Shown one piece after another: positions 1 through 13,200 of a stretch of 64,000 nt of DNA (positions within the stretch are counted from its first letter, which is position 1; the number at the start of each line of letters is the position of its first letter). Source of the stretch: Phoronis australis (taxonomy: Eukaryota > Animalia > Phoronida); assembly GCA_002633005.1 (NCBI GenBank), contig NMRA01000270.1, positions 62,001-126,000 on the forward strand, read 5' to 3'. A model generated the notes under the pieces. The model saw only the letters and a list, made by a program, of their open reading frames with translations, did not search any database and had not been told where the DNA came from. A program made the position numbers and the translations under genes.

Positions 1-635
1 AAGCTAATTGTTTTCACATTTTTTCAATTCAGGAGGTTATTCAAGAGGTAATTAATTTTAGTTTTCCTTAAACTCTTCCATTGCCACTCTGCCAACTTTC
101 TTAGAACTGAATTTCCGAGTGCCAAATAAATTTTGACGCCAGTTACTATGTTGGGTACTATCCCTAACAACGCTTTAAAAACCTGTTATTTTTGATGGAT
201 TGTTATGGAGTTTTCAAATGTACAAATTGTTTTCTGATATAATATCACACATTGAGGCAGGCGTTTGCAAGATAGAACATTCAAGATTTCAGAAGAAAAA
301 CACTGTCTCTGGTCATTGAAGGGTTTTGGTTGAATCAGAATTGTTTTCAATTTAACCTTGGTGAGAGACAGTTTAGAAGCCATTGCATCAATCTCAATTC
401 AAGTTGTTAGTAGTAAAATGAAAACAAAAACAAAAAAAATGTCTTTTTCGGGATTTGGTACAGTTTGTCTTTCCGACGTCTGCCAGTGTTGTTAAGCTGT
501 AGTTATGAAATTGAGGATTAACTGGGTCAAAACGTGGAAAATACCCAACTTACCAATCGTTGGGTTTGGTAGTGACCATGTAAATTGCCCAAAGGTGCGT
601 GGCAGTGAAATAGATAAACAACAACTGAACTTTAA

Positions 636-681
636 TTTTGTTTGTTTTGTTTTGTTTTGTTTTGTTTTGTTTTGTTTTGTT
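636..681. repeat. (TTTTG)n microsatellite
   Basis: About 9 TTTTG units read directly. Confidence 0.9.
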
Positions 682-1573
682 CTATCTTCATTCACACTTC
701 TGTGTGTTTGTGCACTTATCTCCTGTATACACAACTGAACATCCATTTCTTGAATTCAACTCTCTTTCATGGGAGTAGGAAAATGGATTGTATGGCTGAC
801 TTAGTTTTCAAAAGGTTTTACTGCTAAATGTTACCAAGATGAGGTGGGCAAGAAAATAATGACGACTACCTTCCCAGCTTGTCCATTTCTTGTGTTACCA
901 TGGCAGCTCACTGTTTGACAGTCTGTCTGAACATCCCATGCTTTAAGTTTCAAGATGAATTAGTTTGATGTTTTCCTTGTATTTTCACAATGAACATCCC
1001 ATTCCAGAACGAATTGGTTTTCAATTTCCATTGTATATTTCCACTCAACCTCTCATGTTTTAAATTTCAGAATGTGAAAAATTACAGCAACCCTATGTGT
1101 TCGGTAAGTTACAACCAAACGATATTGCGCTCCAATTACCTGTGCTTTAAGAATTGTTCATGTTTAACAATTTCCTGTAGATTGCTCAACTGTACTTTTG
1201 TGGAATTGTAAGTGATAGAAAAAATGTTTCCTGCTCGACGTTGTCCCTGAAATTCGCAGGTGACATACAATCGTGTATTCCCCTCTGTCAGTAGACAAAC
1301 TTTGCAGTATTGCAAATCCATGAAGCTTGATTTTAAGATAGCGTGAGAACGGTATTTCATTTCTAAGTAGAATGTACTGTTCCACAACCGTTGTGTGTAC
1401 ATGTCCGTTGTCATTTCAGATCATCGTCTCACAGTTCACTTACCCCTTCAATCTAGTCTGGGTGGTGCAGGCAGCAAACACACCTGGGTCAGTAGTCTAC
1501 CTCCAATCAACTAGTTCTTAAATGGATAGCAATAATTTTTTATGTTATGTTTTTTGCAAACAAAGTGTGTTCA

Positions 1574-1870
1574 GCACGCCACCTGTTGGCCACATTACTA
1601 GACCTAATGAGTATATGTCTGAAAAGATTTCTTCCCTGACTGGGACTCGAAGCCGGGGCCATCTACTAACGCTGCAGACACTGTAGTCCACTGGCTGATC
1701 GGGACCACCAGTTGAAATCAGAAACCCAATCAGACGTAGTACTTAAACTGGCATTGAAATATAGGTTGCTAACATTTTTACGTCTGATCAGCACGCCACC
1801 GAGGCACAAATGTTTATTTTTTCAAACTTGTATTCATTAGGTCATGTGATGTGGCCAACAGGTGGCGTGC
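1574..1870. mobile_element. Small element with ~40-bp inverted arms enclosing a tRNA-derived (B-box) segment
   Basis: GCACGCCACCTGTTGGCCACAT...GACCTAATGAGTA (1574-1614) is inverted relative to TATTCATTAGGTC...GTGGCCAACAGGTGGCGTGC (1830-1870). The interior minus strand has GGCTTCGAGTCCC. A related copy lies at ~23455-23545. Confidence 0.55.
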
Positions 1871-4800
1871 AGACCAGACTTAAAAACGTTTGCAATCTAT
1901 ATTTCTATGCCAGATTCATATATTCATAAGTTATGTTACGTAAAAATGCAAATCTTGGTTATCTTTAAAAAACATTTTTCTGTGTTCCTCTGGTATGTAT
2001 TTACTTTGCATGGAGTAATAGAAAGTGACGTAAACAGCCAAGTAAAAGGCCCACATTTTAGTTCAGCATTCACTTCCATTAATGAATGCAATGGCCTTAC
2101 TCACTGTTGAACAATGTCTGTGCAGGTCATTTGTGTTTACTCAATTGAAAAGAATGCGAGCCCTTTGTCGGGCCGTTTACCTGAAACTTTCTTTTCTTCC
2201 AAGGGAACTAGAACAAGAAAACGTCTACATAATAACCAAGGATCCATTTTTTGTACCAAACACAACACAAAAACCGTTGCTTTCCTCTTAGTGTTCTTGT
2301 TTTGAGCTTACTCCTATTATCTTGTTCATTTGAGCATCTACAGATGGCAGCATTGTCTCTGTGATTGTGCCTGAGGTGCTGTGTAGTAACCTTCAATCAA
2401 AACCCCTTGCAGACAGTTTGCAAGCAATGCTTTGTCTCGATTTCACTGTGTAGATTTTGTCTAGTGGCTTCTGTATTGTCAACAACTATTAAAAGTTGAT
2501 GTAATGAGCGTGAAGTTTTTGTGAATCGTACTTAGTCCAACAAAGTTATCTCGCCAAATCTGTAGGAGTGTTGCCATTTACGCTATTGGAAAGGACCTAG
2601 CATGCTGCTGCCTTCGAGTTTAGTGCAGACAAATAGTTGGGGGCTGAGCTGGCTGCCTCGAGTGAATGTTAGCTGAGCACAGAGCTCTTATGAAGGCGTG
2701 AACAATTAATTGAAAGAACTGTGAACTAGTTCGTGTAATTGTTGTAGTTTTGCACCTTGACCTGAGCTATGATCACAGCTAAGTTTTGTTCAAAGCATTC
2801 TGCTGAGCCAGTCGTCGTGTGTCTGTTCTGGGCTGTACCGAGTTTAATGCATTCATTTTGCGATTTTTTGTCCTTTAATCAGGTTAGTGGCTGGTAGTCC
2901 ACCCTCTGTACCATTGTTCCCTGGTTGGACGTCTTGCTGGAGTTACCTGAGAGCCAAGGTATGTTGAAGTACTCACACATGCCTACACTTACACCAGATT
3001 TCTAAAGCACCCAGTCTTATCCCCCTGTCCAATACTAGCCCTTCATATTGAGCAATTATATGTACTTAAGACTATTGTAACCCGTTTTGAGATTTAGGTC
3101 ACTTACTGCGAATAGATAATCAGTCCCAACTTGTTCTTTACTCAGATTACTAGTGATTTACGGCCGTGGGGACAAACTCACAATATTGCTTTAGTCGAAG
3201 ACTCAACTCAGTCGGGTTGACAGCCTGGTCCTGTTGGTGCTGAAACTAATAAGGCTGCTTCCCCTGATGTTGTGTGTTCTGTATCCCTTAAGTTTAGTTG
3301 TGCGTTGATTACATAACCTGATACTGCACCTACACTAATGCTTTCGTTTTCAGAATGCGCTCAAGAGAGGCTCAAGTATGTTCTTTCGTTATTACAATGG
3401 CCCAGTGATACTGGTGAACGGCAAGCCAACTGCAGCATCCTCAGCATTTTAGTGTCACTCAAACGTGACAGTGAGAGACGTGTATCATCACGGAAAAATT
3501 TTGGAGATCAGACTCTGTTGTGAGCAATAATATTTATATAATATACGCAGTGCTTGAGGTATGGGATGATTATTTAATTAGTAACCAGTGCAAGAGGAAA
3601 TGTTACGTTATAGACCTTGAAAAGATAACTTAGACTTCTGATTTAGGTCTTCAAACATGTTTAGGATTTATTGACATTTCAACTGCATAGACCTTGCTAG
3701 TTAGCTTTCCCCAACAGTTTGATGAGCTGAGATGGTGAAGCTTGTTACAGTTCTCGCATTGGCAGACCATCTGCGAGCACACTTGCTAACCCCATTGGGC
3801 AGCTGCCTGACAAAAACCTAAGGGCCAGCACATACAGAAAGGTATCGAGCCTCAATTTACCTCACGTCTTTGTAACCTGCACACTACGGTTAAAATGTTT
3901 ACTGAACCGTTTTCTACGTTGGTTGTAAACATTGTGAATGTAGTACGCATACTTGAAATGAGCGAGCGAGAGATTTGTTGTAATAATTAAGTTTCATTGG
4001 CTTATGATGTAGTCGGCTCAATTCTTAGCTCACCTCTCTGGCATGATGCGAGGAGTTACAATAGTGACGTGCACGAAATCCTATATTTGCCTCACGAAGC
4101 AAAATCCTCGTGTTAGAAGCCGAGCTCATTTGTATTCGCGGTGCAGTTCTCCCTTAAGCAACGCACTATTAAGTCTGCATCATTTGAAACAAAAAAATCG
4201 AGGGATCGTGCAAGGTTTCATGATATGCACCTCTCCTGTGATGTCTTTGTGGTTTTTCTCTGTGAAGTCCGAATGGGGCGTGTTGTGTACATGTTGATTA
4301 GGAAATTATTGCCGACATACGTTGCCTCAAGAGTCAGCCATCCCATTCCAAAATATTGTATAGATCCTCCAGCTACTGGCACTGGTGGCATAATAGTGGC
4401 TCAAGGCAAATGTTTAGTCGTAGGGTGATGCCTGGTGCACACAGTGGTCGATATTGGTTGTTCATATGGAACAAAAGTGAACTAGTTTTTAGTCTATGCA
4501 ACTCTTGAGATTTTGCAGTTCTCTGCGCAATGAGTGCAAAACTTAGAGCTCAAAGGGCATAGGTTGTGAAAAATGTGTCCAATAACGTAATGTTGCAGTT
4601 AGCCAGGTGTTCATCACTATACATGTACTCCAGCTCAAACATTTGCTGGTTCATTGGAATACTAAGAACCGTGCAATGGTCATGACTTTTAGAGTATTCC
4701 AAAGATAATGTTGGCAGAAATTTAGTGCTTAGGAAAAAGAATGTCAATACAACTATTTTGCAAATTTTGACTTTTTCTTTCACCCAATGGACTGTTTTCC

Positions 4801-7204
4801 TGATTATAGACCTCTCCATCACTCAGTCATTATCAGCATATCTTTTCCACTTTTACTAAATTACAACTACACTGTAGATTTAATCATAACTTATTCTCAT
4901 GCAATTATCACAAGATGATGCTACTCAACTTGTAAGTCATGAACACATTTTTCGTTTATCAATTTTATTCACTTCAAATACAACACAAATACGCTATTTT
5001 ACAGACTGGAAAATTACAGAATTCTGAAAACTGGTTTCCTTCACTGGATAATCTGGGGTGTTGCAAGGGGGGGGGGGGTGGGGGGACATTACTAAATGTC
5101 CACATAGGGCATAAAATTGGCATGCTGATCGCATTTTCCCGTCGTAGTTAAAGAGAGGGCCTGACCCCCACTACATCCACCTTGGCCCTCAATTCCCAAA
5201 TCAAGAACACAGTTGTATGAGTACTTTACCTGGAGATATCGTATGAACTAGACGATCAGCCCATGGCCCTGCAGCTTCTACATGAGACTGTTTGTGCAGT
5301 TTAGCATGCATATTGAACAAGTCTATATTTGTATATCACCAGAGGCAAATTTAAGGTCTCCCAAGAATGGTAACATGTTAACCAAATTCAGTCATGGGTT
5401 TAGACTCTAGGAAGAAATGCGCTTTTAAATGTTTGGCCAACAAAAGGCTGTGGGTGCCGTCGTTCACCCCACCTGGTGTTGCAGTATCGGAAAACCAGCC
5501 ACAGTTAATGCATAGCCATCCGCGACCTGTAAATGATTGTCTAGCCTAACACATTCACAATATCTTATAAATGCATGCAACCTTTCCAACTTTTAAAACT
5601 ATGAAAGTTAATCATCTTGACACGTATTACAGAGATGAAGACCTCGTGTGACCTGGTGGCTAGTGACATCCAAGGTAATATGATATGCTGCAAATGAGAA
5701 AATCTTGTGATATTTGAAATGCCAAGCTGGCAGTAACAGAACCTCCGTGACATGCAGCTTTTTGACACCACAGCAGAAAATAACTGCTTTGAGCCACAAA
5801 ACAACCAGGATCAGTTCACACGCACTGTTTACAGTGCAAAAAACGTGAATGACGTAATCGTCTTCTATCTGAAGCAATATAATAGTTAAATGTCAGTTAT
5901 TCCAAAGTCCAGTACGCCCACTGCAAGCGACTGTTGTCCTCTCAACAACAAAAAACCCAGTGTGGTTGTTTTGTGGCTTTAGAACTGAAATCATGGTCCA
6001 TGAGCCAAAGTTACAATTAATGTGAGTGTATACACCATACAAAATAAATGTCAACTAATCTACCTCCTAGTCAGAAATAACATTCATTCATTTTCCATAA
6101 CAACACTTTATATGTTTAATATAATTTTAAAATGAATAGAAAGAGAAAATGCTGCTATTTGGCGTATAATCTCAACAATATAGTGATGATAAAATGCCAT
6201 TGATTAATATAATTATTTATATACATGTAAATCTAGACCTACTAAACATAGTTTGTCTTAGTACATACAACACTGGTGAGTTTAAAGTTAAACAATCACA
6301 CTTTAACTGGCTGTCCTCAGATCTATATAGAACAAGTACAACTCGGTAGTTCAACACGAGAACAATCTCTATGATACGAACACAGACTATGATTTAGAGA
6401 TAACCTCCTCCACAGCATCTAACGTACTACCATCACTGGGAGACAATTCTTTGTGTATCCGCAAGCAGCGTAGTTCTTTATGACAAAATATAAAGGAAAG
6501 AGTAGCAAAATATATCAATGATTTGCTAAGTGGTAACAGACGTTACCGTACCAACGCATATAATGCAAACATTCGTTGTTAATTTTCACACTACTGGATT
6601 GCAAAGGTGCACTCAGTTAGGAGATTGCACCATAGTTATGCATGTAAGGTACATTGTATATGAATCACAACAACAACTGCAGTGACTATGTGCGGTTAGA
6701 CAACTTTAAACTACATAACTTTTGATATCTGTAATATCCCAAGAACGTGTATAAAATAAAAAGTTTTTATTAATTCAGTTCATTCTTTCACCAAGACATT
6801 GTCAATTTAAAGAATAATCAGGCAGGTTGTTGCCAACAATAAGTGTGTCTCCTCACTCCCTTCATATAAAATGAATGAAATTAATCAGTCCAATTAAGAG
6901 TCGTCTTCAAAACCGGTAACAAGATACAGAGGTCAGGATAAAGGTTTTTCTAACACCATCAACTAGTCTTCAGGTTTTAACCCATCGCCCTACAATCAGC
7001 CGAGCTTCATCATGCACAAACTTTTGACCCTGTAAACATTATCCACTATTCTAGTTTCAATTTGAATTTAATATCACTCCCATGCAAGTGTTTTAGATGT
7101 TCAAGAAATCCATATAACAATTCAATGCACATCTTCAAACCATTATGCTCACTTAACCGTTATTGCGTCATAAAAGGTCGAAGATCTACTAACACGCAAG
7201 CCCA

Positions 7205-7275
7205 CTACAACTTGCTGACCAATGTCCTCACGTGGACTCGCTCATCTCCAACCGTGATACGAACTGAGGATCTAC
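7205..7275 (-). CDS. SLC1A2: Probable terminal coding exon of the SLC1 gene: (G)[22 protein letters not shown]
   Basis: Acceptor ctaattctcag. Phase 1 matches the donor at 11178. Open to TAG at 7207-7205 and ends in an S-x-L motif. No homology check was possible. Confidence 0.6.
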
Positions 7276-10200
7276 CTGAGAATTAGTTCACTAACAATAA
7301 TTGTCATTTGTTTCACAGAACACCCATTCTTCAATTCTCAGGTCCTAAGCATTCATTCCCACAACTCTCAGATATTGTATGTTGTTTCCTAGCCCTTGAG
7401 TTTCCTTCATCTTGCCATACTCCAAGTCACATGACTGTTTACAACCAATCAGCTCCATTCTTGTGTCCATGTGTGGTCTTAGTATTTGCATTCTGCTCGT
7501 TATCTGAAATATTGATCAACAGCTTTCAAACTCCGAGGATATTTCTCATTATCTGAAATATTGGTCAATAACTTTCTCTTTGTGGATTCTGCTCATCTGA
7601 AATATCAGTCAACATCTTTCAAACTCTTTGTGGATACTGTTCATTATCTGAAATCATTGGTCAACAATTTCCCAACAATTGGATGGATCCTACCGGTTAT
7701 GAAATATTGGTCAACACCCTTCTAACTCTTAGTGGATTCATCATGCATCTAACTTGAGAAATGCAGGGACAATAAATGTTGTTGGCAATAAATTTCAAAC
7801 AGCAGCAGTCAGAGAATAACTGAAATACATTTAACCTCAGATTAACAGATAGAAAGATATTTGAGAAACAATGTGCATGCAGGTAATCAGCAATGTTGTG
7901 ATGGCTGCGAGTTATTGGTGAAGCAACAAGCATGTGACGAGCATGTGACACCTAGGGCATGTGATGACCATGTGATGGGGCCTGTGATGAGCGTGTGACA
8001 GGGCATGCGGCGAGCATGTGACAGTTCATGCGGCGAGCGTGTGACAGGGCATGCGACGAGCATGTGACATGGCAAGTACGGGCCATGTGATGAGCATGTG
8101 ATTGGGCATGTGATGACAGGGCATGTGATGACAGGGCATGTGATGACAGGGCATGTGATGACAGGGCATGTGATGACAGGGCATGTGATGACAGGGCATG
8201 TGATGACAGGGCATGTGATGACAGGGCATGTGACGTGGCATGAGATGAGCATGCCACGGAGGCATGTGATAAGCATGTGACAGGGGCATGTGATGAGGCA
8301 AAGATAAGGCTGGTGACACGAAGCCTGCTGAAGTCAACTTTGGATGGGCACACACAAACTGTTAACAATTTGTTAAAGCTGCATTTTGATCTGAGTATCT
8401 GTCAATGTTGAATTTTTAACCTAGTAAGTGTTTTGAGAGTTGAAAACCTTATTCATCTTGAATTGCTGCTAAATGAGCCTTCAACTCAAGTCACAAGCAA
8501 TGGTTTTAGGAGACATTTGTGAATTAACAATTTCAGGACTGGCCCACCCTAGCTATGAAGCATTTTCTTGATTTGCTGATGGTTTTGATGGGTTTTTAGT
8601 AACAGAAATAGTATATTACAAAACTGATTTTATAGAGTAAAAAGGCCAGCTAAACAGGGCAAAATGCAACTTTAAGCAAAGAAATCTGGAATTCCCAGCC
8701 TGAGTTAGCTAGTAAACAATACTGTCAACACAAGATCCCACACCACCCGAATCTGTTTCAAAGTACAATAAAGCGAGAGTTCCAAAACACACAGACTTCT
8801 AAAGGTAACAACTTTGGTTAAATTAACAGAATTCATTAATGCATTCAAGCAGTGCTTTAGATTTAGATGGGTGACGACGGTATTTAGCATAATAAACAGG
8901 CTTAGGGTTTCACATACTAGCAGTAGTGAAGCGCTAACGGAAAGTCATACATGTAGCGTGCACAAAAGATGCAAAGAAAGCAATTGAACTGTTAGCAAAA
9001 TGGCAGCTAAACTACCAAGCGTGCCACTAAACACGCGGTCACTAGTCTACAACTGCAAAAGACGTGCTACTCAAAACAGAGTTTAACTATGTAGCAACCA
9101 AAACGCAAAATATCAAAACGTACCATAGAAGTAATACTAAATTAATGGCCTAGGGATTCAACTGAGTTGGCTGCAAAATAAGAAACAGGAATGGATGATT
9201 CAACTAGTTCTATGAAATGCTTGCTACAACAGAGAATGCGTTAACAGGCGCTCAGAATTTGACAGTCACTTGCAATTGCTATACAGGTTACAATAATCTG
9301 GAGTTCTTGAGCCTGTAAGGAAAATTCAGAGTGCACAGAAAATCAAGTTGACTAGAACGAGTGACTGTGAAAAGCTCAAAAAAATGATGTGTATGCGTAA
9401 GTCTCGCAATCAAAGTCTTAACAAAATAATGACAACCACATTACGGGCTTAGCTATTCACTAATCCATAGAGGGTAATAAAACAAAAATCTTCTGAGTCA
9501 GAGTCGCGTTCCAAGAAAAGTGACTTTGCTTAGACAAATCCTTAAATTCAAGTCCATTCCAAGAAAGTGATCTTCACTAGTTTGACAGAAGATTTTGTCT
9601 TAAGTTTTGTCTTAAGTTCGAATAACTTACAAGATGTGGAAGTTTCTAAGTTTGGAAGTTGAGACGAATCTTAGATTTAAGTAAAAATGAACTTGAGTAA
9701 GTTTCTTGGAACAGGCCCCAGGACTATAAACCCTTTGTCAAGCTGTGTTTAGTTACATGGTCCAGTCGCAACAGAAGGTACTGCGGGAACAGAGCCAATG
9801 AGTGGTGCACCCTGGTGAGCTGCTTGTTCAACACCGATCTTCACATGGCATAAGCAAGCAATGTACAACTGTGGAACAAGTGCCCTACACAGATGTAGTG
9901 TTGTGAGAGAGCATAGCGGCAGTCTGGACATGGCCACGAAACCCACAATGACTTAAGGTTGCTTTGAGTGGAGGTGAGTGCAATTATCAAATCAGTGATA
10001 ACTTCAATAGTACATAGCTAATTGCCCGGTGATATTGACAAAACATTACCGGGAATGAGTACAAAAATTAAAAGCTGGCAATACGTGGACTCTGAATTGT
10101 GTCTGTGTGTGAACTGTTTCTGTAACTTGGATGGGGAAATGTGGTCGCCAAGCTTTGACGACCACATTTCTCACCTAAGTTACAGACACAGTGGACACCA

Positions 10201-13200
10201 AGGTAACGACTCCCAACAGACCATAGTGTGGTCAGAGTCAGCTAGACCAGTTGTTTCCGAACAGTCAAGCAAGAAATTGTGACCACCGTTTTATGAACCC
10301 TAACTTCATGAGGAAATATAATTTTAAATTGTAATGCAGGAAATGCAAAATTTTGCAGATTGCAGTAAACATTTTCACCTTGTTGATGCAACTGATGCAC
10401 TGGGCTAAACTGTGTGGACCCAGTAAACTTCAGAGTTACACTTTTTACACTCTGATTTGCAACTGATGCATGTTTTGGCCTAAGCTTTGCCAGATTCAAA
10501 TCCGTTTCTTATCATAGGATTGAATGCAGTATCGAGACAGGCCCTTGAAAGAAAGCTTTATGGAACTTAATGCTTTAGAACTGACCGTAACTTGTTCCTT
10601 ACAGACATTAGAGGCGATTGCGGAGCTTGAGAAGGACTGAGAGCTAGTTATTGCTTGATCGAGATCTGTCTCATTTGTAAGTTAACTGGTTAAATTCTCA
10701 CAATGGGTCTAATGGTCCAATGGACTGCAAATGGTCCAAAGGACTGCAAATGGTCCAAAGGACTGCAAATGGTCCAAAGGACTGCAAATGGTCCAAAGGA
10801 CTGCAAATGGTCCAAAGGACTGCAAAACTGTTGATTCTTTCATGGCCCAGAAATTGTTCCTCGTAAGGAATCAATTGATACCAGCAAGTGCGGTCTAAAC
10901 TAAGAGGGTGGTTTTATAGCCATGCACTTAAAGAAAACCTTCCGAAGGCAGAACACTTGAATTTCCGCTGAAAACTCTGCCAAGATAAGCATGCATTCTG
11001 CAGTGTCAACAGTTGGTAAACAGGTAAAGTGCAGCACCATCTAAGGAGAGGAATATTTTCTCCAAAAGAAACCACAAACTAACTGAGCACAGCACATAAT
11101 GTAAGAGTCTCTCATATTGGAGGGACTGCTGCACACAGTAAGTACCGTTAAACTTCCAACATGTATATCGTATCTTACCCTTGTGTCCCCTGGCGTTAGT
11201 AGTCTGTACTTCCTCTAGGGGGATGTCATCGTGATCATGTTTATGTTCCTCCTTCACGTCCAGAGCTGCCAGTTCATCTCGGGATATATGGGCGACTATG
11301 GCAGCGCCATATCCGTCTCCCAGGACATTGATAGAAGTTCGTATGCGATCCCTGGAGTAATAAAGTTAAACATGTGAGAAATTGGGACATTGCTATTGTT
11401 AAAGTTGAATACAGGAAGAAACACGGTATTTAAAAATACAACTGAACAAACCTTTAAACATTACATGTCAGTAAAAATGACAGCAAACGTTCTATGTGAC
11501 TAATAGCCTGCTGTTAATCTATTCTGAGTTTAGATATTACATTGTCAGTACAAGAGGCATAAAACTGACATTAGAATCTTGTCAAGGCCTCCTGAAGGTA
11601 GCCGACAATCTTTGCCAGTTATCATTCACAATCCACCAATCAATAACTAGTAAAAGCACATTCTTTCTGTACCCACACAACCCCTCAAATGCGCAAGTTG
11701 AAATATCAAGCTGTACATCTGTCTCAATTAAGTTATTACAGAAAGTTTCAAGATACTTTTTCGTTTGTGAACCTCTATCAGTTTTATAAGTGATGTTACA
11801 AATTGTCAATCAGCACGGTGCTACTTACAGCAGCCAATCAACAGCCAGGATCAAGCTGACGTCCCTGACAGGAAGGCCTACAGAACCCAACACCATCAGC
11901 ATCATGACAATACCCGTGCCCGGGATACTGGCAGCTCCAATACTGGCCAACATTGAAGTCAAACTGTAACACAACAAAACAATGCTCGACATGTGACATG
12001 TAGTAGACTAAGCAACCCACAGAGAGCACTATCTTTAAAACCTTATTTACTGGTCCTCTAATTTTCCCCAGCAACATACATATGTCAATACTCAACGAAA
12101 CTGCTTTCACTGACCTTACATGTCAATTTCAAAAAGCCTATTGTGTGTGTGACACCTGTGACTTACAACCCACTGCAAAATTCTAAGCCATTTTGCAGAC
12201 TAGTTATCCCCCCAAGCCCAAAATGAGACCTAGCCGCGCGCAGTAAGTAGTAAACCACAACATATTTACTTGTAAAGAATCTTGCAATAGTGATCTTTTA
12301 TGATTGTGTTTAACTCAAAAGACACTTATAACAGACCCCAGGTAATAGATTGCATTTCTTCAGACATAAAGCTAGTGTTAAACTCAAAAGACACTTATAA
12401 CAGTTCCCAGGTAATAGATTGCATTTCTTCAGACATAAAGCTAGTGTTAAACTCAAAAGACACTTATAACAGTTCCCAGGTAATAGATTGCATTTCTTCA
12501 GACATAAAGCTAGTGTTAAACTCAAAAGACACTTATAACAGTTCCCAGGTAATAGATTGCATTTCTTCAGACATAAAGCTAGTGTTAAACTCAAAAGACA
12601 CTTATAACAGTTCCCAGGTAATANGATGGTGGCGACCGCCTCATAGAGAGCCGTACCGTCCATGTTGACTGTGGCGCCAATAGGGATGGCAAACCTGGTG
12701 ACACGCTGGTCGATACCCAGGTTTTCCTCTAGACACTGTAGGGAAATGGGCAAGGTGGCAGCACTGCAGGATAGAGGAGGTATAGTGTTGTATTATACAA
12801 ACACGACATTTTATGCACTTCTTAGGCCGTACACTAAAGACGTCTACACACCAACATTTTATGCACTTTTTAGACTGTACACCAATAACCAGAATTACAG
12901 AAATAAAACTCAACATTAACATTAAGACCTTTTGTCCCACAATGCAACTGTGATTAACCACTGACATCAACCATACAATAACCTAAAGAAAGAATATCTA
13001 ACTCATGTCATATGCATGTAGTGGCCAGGAAACATGATGGATATGATGGTATGTTCTACAAAAGACATTTGCATGTTTGATCCACAGATGTGAACAGGGA
13101 TGACGTCAGTGACAATCAAGGAAGATAGCTGTTTTCATTTTTCAGGGCTTGGAATGACCAATGACAAAAAACGCGGAAACTTTTACGGCCCAAAAGTTAA

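Noticed and set aside
2382-3334. Possible solo LTR (TGTAG...CTACA)
   Set aside because: I found no TSD, PBS, PPT or second copy.
7205-7216. C-terminal SKL as a peroxisomal PTS1 signal
   Set aside because: PTS1 targets soluble matrix proteins. A polytopic transporter enters the ER, so a PDZ ligand is the better reading.
7887-8368. His/Cys/Met-rich ORFs (HHMPC, CPVIT, SSHAL repeats) suggesting a metal-binding protein
   Set aside because: All three minus frames are open only because the 15-bp unit has no stop codon. There is no supporting splice or start context.
11015-11045. LDGAALY resembling the NMDGTALY motif, as if a duplicated TM7 exon
   Set aside because: The similarity covers about 6 residues with no flanking homology, which is consistent with chance.
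12300-12668. ORF with 23-aa repeats
   Set aside because: It is a translation of the 69-bp minisatellite and crosses an assembly N.
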